This document shows, one piece after another, positions 1 to 7,450 of a stretch of DNA of 26,441 bases. How positions within the stretch are numbered: position 1 is the first letter of the stretch; every line of letters begins with the position of its first letter. Source of the DNA: a virus (Duplodnaviria; Caudoviricetes). The translations under genes were made by a program, and so were the position numbers. The stretch lies in the IMG/VR virus record IMGVR_UViG_3300020044_005320, positions 1 through 26,441 of that record; one strand, 5' to 3'. The notes under the pieces were generated by a model, which did not search any database, was not told the DNA's origin, and saw only the letters and a program-made list of their open reading frames with translations.

Positions 1-242
1 CATACCGTCACGCGGACGAGGTGCTACTACCAAACGGGACAGAGCAGCCATTACCAGAAACTGATGGCGCTATCGTAGTCAAGGTGCGCCCTCGCAGTTA
101 TGAAGTCGTACCTGCTGACGTTACAGAGTCGACCTTCAAATTTTTTAGGCACATACAGGTTGCGTGGCGGTGGCAACACGAAGCAAGCAAAGATGTACTC
201 GGTCGTCCAATCCGTCCGATCGCAGAAGAGGTAGGTGCATAA
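1..242 (+). CDS. PD-(D/E)XK / Cas4-like phage exonuclease, C-terminal part (truncated by window)
   Basis: Frame open from window start (..YRHADEVLLPNG..), resembling the QLxAYRxA motif region of actinophage exonucleases; its TAA overlaps the next ATG (TAATG 240-244). Confidence 0.55.
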   Translation, partial: YRHADEVLLPNGTEQPLPETDGAIVVKVRPRSYEVVPADVTESTFKFFRHIQVAWRWQHEASKDVLGRPIRPIAEEVGA

Positions 243-1312
243 TGCCAATCCTTACATTACAACGCAAACTCACCGAGGTTGGTCGTATCCGTCTTGGTGC
301 CAAGTCAGGCAAAGGTGCACCAACAAAACTCGAAAACTTTCGCCTCACCAGCAAAAGCAAAGAGGCAATAGATGCTGCTGCCGAAGTATACGGTGGCACA
401 GTCGGTACGTGGTCTGGCCCGGACGGGCAAGAGTACGAACTAATCACAGAGACCAATACGCTTGACGTAGTTGTCCCACCAGGCAACGCCCTCTCCCAAT
501 GGTATGAGATGTGGTCTGGTGCAGGATGCCAACGTCGTTGCGACGGTCAGACAGAAACACTATCAGGCAGCCCATGTAAGTGCCCAACAGATCAGGCACA
601 ACGTACAGAGCTGTCAGGAAGGGGGCAAGCATGCCGCCCAACAACACGCCTATCAGTAATCCTACCGCAAGTACGAACAGTGGGAATCTGGCGCCTCGAA
701 ACTCACGGCTATCACGCAGCAACAGAACTCGCAGGTGTGGCAGAGTTATTGGAAAGAGTAAGTGCAAACGACCGCTACCTACCCGCTACCTTACGTCTTG
801 AACCACGCTCGTCAAAGAAGGGTGGCAAGACATCACGCTTCGTTGTACCAGTACTTGAAGTAGGAGCAACCGTACAGGAAGCTATTGCTGCATCTGCCGG
901 TACAGAAATCCCACAGGTTGAGTATCGTAAGATGCCAAGTGTAATGACACAGACCCGTGCTGCAATCAGTGAGCCTGACTTCGACAATGATGAAGAGGTT
1001 GTAACAGAACCTATTGTCAAGGTTGTTGAGGCTAAGCCCGTAGTAGAAGAGCCGCCACTTGACGACAACCCATTTGGTCTTGATGAACCGTCACCGGTAG
1101 ATGAGCCAGTTGCTGCCGCTAAACCAAAAGCTATCAACTACACCACCCGTATCCAGATACTGCGACGTGAACTCGGCTTGACCGACGAGCAGTACAAAGC
1201 AGGTCTATCCAAGTACGGTGTATCCTCATCAAAGGATCTCACACCAGAACAAGCAGCAGAAGTTATTGAGAAGTTATCGGCAGCCGTGGCAAAAAAGAAA
1301 GCCAGCCAATGA
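242..1312 (+). CDS. Gp3-like recombination directionality factor (phiC31/phiBT1 gp3 family), 356 aa, with acidic linker and C-terminal helical domain
   Basis: Motifs VGRIRLG, KLENFRLTS, AEVYGG, RRCDG, GSPCKCP, GIWRLET are collinear with phiC31 gp3 motifs as recalled (VGRFHSG, QLFGG, HHCDG, GQPCGCP). Start moved from 164 to ATG 242 because of TAATG coupling. Confidence 0.8.
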   Translation: MPILTLQRKLTEVGRIRLGAKSGKGAPTKLENFRLTSKSKEAIDAAAEVYGGTVGTWSGPDGQEYELITETNTLDVVVPPGNALSQWYEMWSGAGCQRRCDGQTETLSGSPCKCPTDQAQRTELSGRGQACRPTTRLSVILPQVRTVGIWRLETHGYHAATELAGVAELLERVSANDRYLPATLRLEPRSSKKGGKTSRFVVPVLEVGATVQEAIAASAGTEIPQVEYRKMPSVMTQTRAAISEPDFDNDEEVVTEPIVKVVEAKPVVEEPPLDDNPFGLDEPSPVDEPVAAAKPKAINYTTRIQILRRELGLTDEQYKAGLSKYGVSSSKDLTPEQAAEVIEKLSAAVAKKKASQ

Positions 1313-1563
1313 CGGATCAATACCACCTACCGCTTGATGAGGCGCTAACCAAAGCCGGTATCTCCAAGACAGTGTTCAAGGAGTTTACCGGTTACAATGA
1401 CGCCAAGATTGAGAAGCTGCAAACCTTTGGTGTCGACATTATCGAAGCCGATAAGGTAGCAACCACACTCGGCTATCACCCGTCCGAACTCTGGGTAGGG
1501 TGGGGCGACCTGCTGTTCCAAGTGCTGCAATGGCGCGAGGAAGACCCCTATGAAAACCAATGA
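1309..1563 (+). CDS. Small helix-turn-helix (Cro/Xre-like) DNA-binding protein
   Basis: 84 aa, ATGA overlap with the upstream gene; ADKVATTLGYHPSELW tail typical of Xre-like phage proteins. Confidence 0.6.
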   Translation: MTDQYHLPLDEALTKAGISKTVFKEFTGYNDAKIEKLQTFGVDIIEADKVATTLGYHPSELWVGWGDLLFQVLQWREEDPYENQ

Positions 1564-1945
1564 ACTGAACGTGTTCTTTCAGCAGCCATCAACGCCGCTG
1601 TCTTTGAACAAGTCCTATTCGATGCACTGGTCTCGTAGGCGTAGTCACAACAACGACTGGCGTATGGCGCTGCGAGAGGCTTACATAAAGCGTACAGCAG
1701 TGTTCGAGTTACCTGTCGCGCCGGTGCACATCGAGTTCACCTTCACGTTCCCAAAGAACGCACGGCGCGATCCGCACAACTGGGTGGCCCAAGCCAAGCC
1801 TCTGGTAGATGAACTCGTCGTACTCGGTCTCGTACCGGACGACACAGCAGAGTGGGTATCTGTGGCAGAACCCAAACTCCGCATCGACAAAGATAACCTC
1901 TGCCACGTGAAGATAAGTCTGCGAGACACTAATGGAACTTCTTGA
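1550..1945 (+). CDS. rusA: RusA-like Holliday junction resolvase
   Basis: P-S-L-N at N-terminus and RRDPHN-x5-K-x3-D...GLVPDD match the RusA DxDN..K..D..DD pattern. Confidence 0.8.
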   Translation: MKTNELNVFFQQPSTPLSLNKSYSMHWSRRRSHNNDWRMALREAYIKRTAVFELPVAPVHIEFTFTFPKNARRDPHNWVAQAKPLVDELVVLGLVPDDTAEWVSVAEPKLRIDKDNLCHVKISLRDTNGTS

Positions 1946-3566
1946 CACACAGGGACCAAGACTGGCCAACCTATCAGCGGAAGCCGCTCTACTCGGTCAC
2001 CTCATAAACCACCCTACCTCACTTGATCTCGTCACCGAACATCTCGGACCTGCCGATTTCAGCAACTCACGCAACTCTGCTATCTACTCCGCAATCTGTA
2101 TCGACGCCGTTGAGGTGGGTACAGTAAGCCTTGCCTCTATCGTGGAGCAAATGCGTAAGGACGGCTCACTCGGTGAGGTTAGCGAGGGCTACCTACACAA
2201 CCTAACCAAAGCTGCCTGCGACGAGAAGGAACTGAAACTAAACGCCGCTATCATCATTGACCTATCAGCCAAGCGTGAGAAGATGATGGCAGCGCAGTCA
2301 GTCGTAGCAGCAGTTGCCCGTGGTGAGGACGACACAATCGCCTTCGATAAGTTGCTTGCTGTCCAGGATCGCCAGGTCACCGACGGTGATGGCTTCGCCA
2401 AGTTAGGCGACACCATGAAGGACATCATCAGCGGTAACTACACCCGCATTGAACCAACCATACTACGCCGCAGCGATGGTCAGCACCTAATCTATGCTGC
2501 CAAACTATCCTGGGTATCAGCCCCACCAGAGGCATTGAAGTCGTTTGCCATGCTTCTTGCCAGCGTACAAGAGATGCAAGCCGGTCGTCCAGTTGCCTAC
2601 GTGGACTATGAGGACGACGCTTCTACAATCTGCGAGCGCCTTTACAAAGTTGCGGTAGGTCAGCAACTCGATAACGCCGAGGAACTCGTGATGACATGGG
2701 TAGCCGGTCCGCTCTATGCAGACGGTAGCCGCGACGAGTCAAAGGCACTGTTCCACTACATCGCAGCTGGCCGCGCCTTCGACATGAAGATGCGATCCAT
2801 ACTACTCAAAGTCATCAAGCGTGGTGCACAACTGATAACCATTGACGGTTGCGCCAGTGCCCTGGCATACGCTAACCTAAACGAGAATGACAACAGCGAT
2901 GTGAACCGTTGGATCTCAACTCTCTGGCCACTGACAAACGCCGGTGCAGCCGTAGTGGTAATCGACCACGTAGTCAAGAACACCCAACCAGGTAGTGGTG
3001 CATTCGGTGCTCGCTCACCTCGTGGTGCCGGCTCAAAGTTATCTGCGGTATCCGGTGCTGCTCTTATGTTCTCCGTGCTCGACGCACCCAGCGCATACAG
3101 CGACGGCAAAATCGAAATCACCGTGGCTAAGGACCGGCCTGGCCGTATTCGTGTACAGAAGCGTAGCGGTAAGCGCTTAGCCGGTGTACTGATGAGCAAG
3201 CCAATGGAGGGTGGGCGTGAGGGTATCCAACTCACTATTCACCCAGCCGAAGAAGTCAGCCAGATGGTCGAGCAAAAGCGCTTCGACCTGGTATGTGCAG
3301 AGCACATCTCCAAGATCGTCAAGGAACTCGGCCCAATCAGCAAGACAGAAATCCGCAAGGTTCTCAAAGAACGTGCTGACGCAAAAGGTACTTCTGGTTT
3401 CAGAACAGAGACTACCGTAGCAGCCATGAAGTTCCTTGCTGACAATGGCTATGTCCGCATGGAGAAGAACGAACGGCAAGAGATGCTTATCTCCCTGATT
3501 CCATACGAAGCCACTCACGGCGACAAGCACGCCGATGACATTGGCTATGAGGAGTCGCCCTTCTAA
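1932..3566 (+). CDS. Replicative helicase-like protein: DnaB N-terminal domain plus RecA-fold (RepA/AAA_25-like) domain
   Basis: AEAALLG..L.PADF...N..IY is DnaB-N-like; degenerate Walker A APPEALKS, YVDYED, Walker B LITIDG, VVIDH and AKDRPG motifs. Confidence 0.75.
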   Translation: MELLDTQGPRLANLSAEAALLGHLINHPTSLDLVTEHLGPADFSNSRNSAIYSAICIDAVEVGTVSLASIVEQMRKDGSLGEVSEGYLHNLTKAACDEKELKLNAAIIIDLSAKREKMMAAQSVVAAVARGEDDTIAFDKLLAVQDRQVTDGDGFAKLGDTMKDIISGNYTRIEPTILRRSDGQHLIYAAKLSWVSAPPEALKSFAMLLASVQEMQAGRPVAYVDYEDDASTICERLYKVAVGQQLDNAEELVMTWVAGPLYADGSRDESKALFHYIAAGRAFDMKMRSILLKVIKRGAQLITIDGCASALAYANLNENDNSDVNRWISTLWPLTNAGAAVVVIDHVVKNTQPGSGAFGARSPRGAGSKLSAVSGAALMFSVLDAPSAYSDGKIEITVAKDRPGRIRVQKRSGKRLAGVLMSKPMEGGREGIQLTIHPAEEVSQMVEQKRFDLVCAEHISKIVKELGPISKTEIRKVLKERADAKGTSGFRTETTVAAMKFLADNGYVRMEKNERQEMLISLIPYEATHGDKHADDIGYEESPF

Positions 3567-4294
3567 TGAGGTTTCTTACGCTGTCCCAAGATGAGCTGTC
3601 CGTTCTCGCAGACACAGTTCGTCTTGGGCTGCGCAAGAAAGCAACGGAGGAGCAGCGCCTTGCTGCTGACCAAGCACGCACGTCCCTTATAGAAGCCTAC
3701 GCCCCTCTGGTGGTGAGGCTATCTGACCGGTATGTGGGTAAGCTCGGTCGGCAGGAGGCGCTGTCCGCCGCGTTCTACGGTTGTGCTCTTGCACTAAACT
3801 CATGGAACCCAGACAAAGGCGCACTGCCATCTTGGATACGATTGTATTGTAAGTCGTCTCTGATCCGTGAGGTAGACAAGCAGCAACACATCCGACTACC
3901 ACAAACAGCAATGGCCAAGAGAGCCAAGATAGAACAGTTACGTGGTCAGCAAGTTAGCCTTGACGACATTGCACACTTGGTTGGTATGACACCAGATGAG
4001 GTCACCGACCTTGAACAGACAGCAAAGGTTACGACGCTTGTTGATGAGACGCATGACCGGGCTGTTGACGACGCAAGCGAGCACGCTCTTGCTGCACACC
4101 TTGCAACACAACTTCTCGATACTCTCGACGCTTTGGGCAAGTTCGTTTTGTCTGCGCGTTTCGGTGTCGGGTATAACGGGTTAGTCCACTCGTATGAGGA
4201 GCTGTCAAGTTTGATGGGCCTTTCGGTATCAGAGGTTGCCGTTATTGAGGCTAACGCTCTTCGTCATCTTCGTCAAGAAGCTGCACCAGTTTGA
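3566..4294 (+). CDS. Phage-encoded sigma-70 family factor (divergent)
   Basis: Region 2-like LVVRLSDRY..WNPDKG..HIRLP, region 3-like HTH (LDDIAHLVGM), region 4-like RFG..SYEELSSLMGLS..IEANALRHLR; TAATG coupling at 3564-3568. Confidence 0.85.
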   Translation: MRFLTLSQDELSVLADTVRLGLRKKATEEQRLAADQARTSLIEAYAPLVVRLSDRYVGKLGRQEALSAAFYGCALALNSWNPDKGALPSWIRLYCKSSLIREVDKQQHIRLPQTAMAKRAKIEQLRGQQVSLDDIAHLVGMTPDEVTDLEQTAKVTTLVDETHDRAVDDASEHALAAHLATQLLDTLDALGKFVLSARFGVGYNGLVHSYEELSSLMGLSVSEVAVIEANALRHLRQEAAPV

Positions 4295-4676
4295 TCGTAA
4301 GGGCGGCAAGGTCTTCACCGGCTAAGCCAGGGTGTACCCGTGCCACCTCGTCAGCAGCGTCCCAGAATGCTTTGGTTGGTTTACGATTACCCTTTTCCAG
4401 TTCGTAGTAATCTAAGAAGTCCGTCATGGTTGGCAGTGCCCCATACCATAACCAGTCTGGGCACTCACCCTCGTGAACATGGCAAGACGTATTCTTGTAG
4501 ATACGCCGGCCACAACCACCACAATGAAAGCATAGATCCTTACGGGCTTTCAGTCTCTTGCCACTGGTTACCTCACCAAGATCGGCATAGGCCACAAAGG
4601 TATGGAAGCAAGAGAGGTCGCAAAAAGGCAAAGCCGCCCCTTCTCCGGTCTGGACAAGAAACGGCAATGCCTTCAT
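4251..4676 (-). CDS. Hypothetical Cys/His-rich (putative Zn-binding) protein, 141 aa
   Basis: FCDLSC, CFHCGGC and CHVHEGEC clusters; ATG 15 bp after the integrase stop; 3' end overlaps the sigma gene by 44 nt. Confidence 0.55.
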   Translation of the reverse strand: MKALPFLVQTGEGAALPFCDLSCFHTFVAYADLGEVTSGKRLKARKDLCFHCGGCGRRIYKNTSCHVHEGECPDWLWYGALPTMTDFLDYYELEKGNRKPTKAFWDAADEVARVHPGLAGEDLAALTIKLVQLLDEDDEER

Positions 4677-4677
4677 G

Positions 4678-4691
4678 CAGTAGTAGGTGTC
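4678..4691. repeat. Inverted copy of the attP-like inner half-site plus central dinucleotide
   Basis: CAGTAGTAGGTGTC versus the reverse complement of 6710-6723 (CAGTAGTAGTTGTC): 13/14 identical; fills the gap between int and the downstream gene. Confidence 0.7.
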
Positions 4692-6485
4692 TTATGCGGC
4701 CACCTTTGGAGCGATGACCTTAGCCCAATCAGTACCCAAGTTCAAGACGCTGCCGTCCTGGAACTCAATCTGGATACGGCGGTAGTCGGTGTGCCAGCCA
4801 AGATCAGCCAACTGGTAACGGTTGAGAATGTCAGTGACGGGGCTGATACGGATCTGCTTGATGTGCGAGTTCACGGTCCGATACACACCGAGACGATGAT
4901 CGGGATTGTTCCATGCCTGCTCAAAAACCACAGACCCATTGACAATCTGCTTGACCAGCTTGGTCCGCACGAGGTTATCCCCATCCATTTTGTCAAGGTC
5001 ATCCCGCATGGCTTGGATTACAGCCCTGATACCCACTTGATCGTACCTGCTGGCTGCTTCAAGTTCCGCCTCCTTAGCCTCAATCTGGACAAGAAGGGCA
5101 TCGCGCTCTGGATTCTCCTTTGGCTTTTCTTCCAGCGCCTTAGAGACCCGGCTCATCTCAATGGGATTGGATAACCAACGCTCCACCATCTCATAGACAA
5201 TCTGGTCAAGACCAGTCATAGTGATTGTGTTGGATACGCAGGTTCCATTTGTCCTGTGATTACAACGGTACTTTGGATAACGCCCACCCTTGCCATTGCC
5301 GCCAGTACCACCAACCATGCCATTGCCACACTTTGCGCAGACAACGAGACCAGTAAGGCGAGTACTTGAACGCTTTGCACGCTTGACGTACTTCTTATCC
5401 AGTACCGCAATAGCTGCGTAGAACTTCTCGGCAGTGACAACCTGCTCGAAAGCAATGATTGGGTTACCGGCCTTGTCTTTCGCAATGTGCTTCGCATTGA
5501 AGCGCGACCAAGACTGCTGGCCAACCTTATGTGTCTGGAAACCAGCATAGCGAGCATTGCGAATCATACCATGCAGTGTGCGATTATCCCAGCCGTTCTT
5601 GCTACCACGGCGTGAGGGAATGCCGAGACCGTTGATCCAGCGAGCTATGCTTGCCGTGCTGTTGCCCTCGATTACCTTATCGTACAGTAGGTTTACGAAA
5701 GCAGCCTCACTCATGCCGTCTGGTAGGTAGTCGGTTGGGTCGTGGTTCACAACCAAAGTAGGGTGAATCTCCCCTTCCTTGATGACGCGCTTGAAACCAA
5801 TCGGCGTGGGGCCACCGCGAAAGTAGCCCTCGTCAGTACGACGCTTGTGGGCGTCAGTAGCACGCTGCTTCAAGTGGCGGGCTTCACCTTCCGCAACACG
5901 CACCAGGGATGTGAAACCCCAGTCGTGGTTACGGTCATGAATGTCCAAGTACGGTGACTGCTGAATGTGTAGGTGCACATTACGCTCACGTAGGATCGGC
6001 AGCACACGGTTCCACACTTCTTCCAGACGGGTAAACCGGTCAAACATGTAGGTCCAGATGTGAATAGGATTGTCGCCCTCAAACATCTCGATGAACTTGA
6101 TCATCGCGTCAAACTTAGGGCGGACAATGTTCTTGGACGCAGAGCCATTCTCCGGTACTTGTATGTGCATGTCATTATTGAAGTCAATGACAAAGCCCAT
6201 AGCTGTTGCCATTTCGGTAGTCTGCTGGTTCTGGCGATCGATAGACACAGACTCCTTCTTGCTGCGTGATAAGCGCAACTGAAAGAAGTGGATTGGCTCG
6301 GCATCTGGATTGACGACGCGTACATTGGAAGCCTTGTATGTAATAGAGTTCTGCTTGATCAGGTCCGTTTCTATTTGGGTACGACGTCCTCCCAGCGGAC
6401 GGTGCTCCAACTGGGTACGTGCCTTGATGTCAGCAAGTAGATCCTCGACGCTTGTCAAGTCTACGTTATTCTGGTTCTTGCTCAT
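4692..6485 (-). CDS. int: Large serine recombinase (integrase), 597 aa
   Basis: Catalytic QLRLS..SIDRQ, RPKF, DRFTR; recombinase domain GGPTPIGF..IARWIN..IRNARYAG; zinc ribbon LTGLVVCAKCG..YRC..C; coiled coil. ATG 6485 is preceded by SD GAGGAG. Confidence 0.95.
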   Translation of the reverse strand: MSKNQNNVDLTSVEDLLADIKARTQLEHRPLGGRRTQIETDLIKQNSITYKASNVRVVNPDAEPIHFFQLRLSRSKKESVSIDRQNQQTTEMATAMGFVIDFNNDMHIQVPENGSASKNIVRPKFDAMIKFIEMFEGDNPIHIWTYMFDRFTRLEEVWNRVLPILRERNVHLHIQQSPYLDIHDRNHDWGFTSLVRVAEGEARHLKQRATDAHKRRTDEGYFRGGPTPIGFKRVIKEGEIHPTLVVNHDPTDYLPDGMSEAAFVNLLYDKVIEGNSTASIARWINGLGIPSRRGSKNGWDNRTLHGMIRNARYAGFQTHKVGQQSWSRFNAKHIAKDKAGNPIIAFEQVVTAEKFYAAIAVLDKKYVKRAKRSSTRLTGLVVCAKCGNGMVGGTGGNGKGGRYPKYRCNHRTNGTCVSNTITMTGLDQIVYEMVERWLSNPIEMSRVSKALEEKPKENPERDALLVQIEAKEAELEAASRYDQVGIRAVIQAMRDDLDKMDGDNLVRTKLVKQIVNGSVVFEQAWNNPDHRLGVYRTVNSHIKQIRISPVTDILNRYQLADLGWHTDYRRIQIEFQDGSVLNLGTDWAKVIAPKVAA

Positions 6486-6657
6486 TTTGAATCTCCTCTG
6501 GTTGGTCGTTGGTTGGAGCCGCAAGGACCATTGTGGATAGGATGAAGTTGAGGCCGGCCAGTAGGTTGGCCTGCATCATTGGGGTAGCTCTCTCGGCTAT
6601 GTAGTCAGCGATCAAGGTTGGGATAGATTCTCCCTCGGGGGTGGGTATGTGGGTCAT
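6466..6657 (-). CDS. Small hypothetical protein (63 aa) between attP and int
   Basis: ATG at 6657; helical/hydrophobic core and acidic tail; overlaps the int start by 20 nt; no clear SD. Confidence 0.35.
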   Translation of the reverse strand: MTHIPTPEGESIPTLIADYIAERATPMMQANLLAGLNFILSTMVLAAPTNDQPEEIQNEQEPE

Positions 6658-6699
6658 GCCCCATACGGTGCGGCCCCCTGGCGGTTTGGCACATGCCCC

Positions 6700-6745
6700 G
6701 TGCTTTCTCGACAACTACTACTGGTAGTAGTTGCTCTAAAAGCAC
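6700..6745. other. Putative attP site of the serine integrase
   Basis: GTGCTTT-ctcga-CAACTACTAC-[TG]-GTAGTAGTTG-ctcta-AAAGCAC: perfect 10-bp inner and 7-bp outer inverted repeats about a 2-bp centre; intergenic, ~215 bp upstream of int. Confidence 0.8.
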
Positions 6746-6802
6746 CGTGCCTTTATGAGTGGTCTTACGGCTCTACGACATACTATTCGGGGCCAGACCC
6801 CC

Positions 6803-6888
6803 AAAAGCAAGAAGCCCCACCACCCCACACAGATGAGGGTTGATGGAGCGGATGCCACCTCAATGAGAGAGTTGAGGCAGGGGGCTTC
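6803..6888 (-). terminator. Branched intrinsic terminator ending the late operon
   Basis: GAAGCCCC/GGGGCTTC outer stem enclosing inner hairpins, followed on the - strand by TTGCTTTT; 8 bp after the holin stop. Confidence 0.6.
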
Positions 6889-6896
6889 CTGTTGTC

Positions 6897-7448
6897 TTAG
6901 TGGATTTCGATCTCGCCATCCTCATCCGAGACGACAAGGCCGTACGCCCCATCGTAGGGGTTGAGCCAGCGGAGCAGGACGGGCAGGGTAGCAGCTACAC
7001 CGGCGGAGGCATAGGTCTTCCAATCGTCAAGGCTAATCGAGAAGACGTCCCCAGCATCCAGCACCTTGCCAATGACGGCAGCTGCAAAGATAGCCAAAAG
7101 GACGCGAGCGTAAGAGGCTAACATAGCCAGTGAGGTATCTGTCATGGTATTCCTGTTCTGGTGAGGACACTCACCGTATGAGTTTTTGGCAGAGTTGCAG
7201 TTGCTACACAGCACCTGAAACTGGTCAGTAGGCCATTGCCCTGTCTTGTGACGTAGGCTACGGACTATCTTGACTACCGGCGCACCTTTGGCGGCTCTCC
7301 GGTCAGCTTGCCCCCCGCCGTTGATATGATCGAAGGTGAGAAAGCGGTGGTCTCTCTCGCCGCAGCAGCGGCAGATGGGTCGCCCATTGGCTATGCCAGC
7401 AAGAGCCTCATAGCGTAGGTTGGCCCGGTATCCGGGTTTATCGGTCAC
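6897..7448 (-). CDS. HNH endonuclease domain fused in frame to an actinophage-type holin; holin probably also starts at internal ATG 7145 (82 aa)
   Basis: N-terminal CRCCGE..LTFDHINGGG..VLCSNCNSAK..YGECPH; C-terminal MLASYAR..AGVAATLPVLLRWLNPYDGAYG with two hydrophobic helices; AGGA before ATG 7145. Confidence 0.75.
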   Translation of the reverse strand: MTDKPGYRANLRYEALAGIANGRPICRCCGERDHRFLTFDHINGGGQADRRAAKGAPVVKIVRSLRHKTGQWPTDQFQVLCSNCNSAKNSYGECPHQNRNTMTDTSLAMLASYARVLLAIFAAAVIGKVLDAGDVFSISLDDWKTYASAGVAATLPVLLRWLNPYDGAYGLVVSDEDGEIEIH

Positions 7449-7450
7449 AC

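Noticed and set aside
164-241. Longer N-terminus of the gp3-like ORF; likewise upstream extensions of int (6524), the 17348 ORF and portal (24740)
   Set aside because: They overlap upstream genes; downstream starts have SD sequences or stop-start coupling.
1769-1780. RusA DxDN reads DPHN, suggesting an inactive enzyme
   Set aside because: Other catalytic residues are intact and DxHN variants are, to my recollection, common in actinobacterial RusA-like proteins.
4165-4188. TGTCGG-N10-TTAGTCC on the + strand inside the sigma gene, a possible antisense promoter against int
   Set aside because: Second box matches only 4/7 and lies in coding sequence; compatible with chance.
4340-5174. + strand ORFs of 125 and 190 aa
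   Set aside because: Antisense shadows of int and the Cys-rich gene with no recognisable motifs; the same applies to the many + strand ORFs over the structural genes.
6780-6810. TTGCTT-N19-TAGTAT on the - strand as the int promoter
   Set aside because: Spacer is too long and the -35 coincides with the terminator U-tract; not supportable without TSS data.
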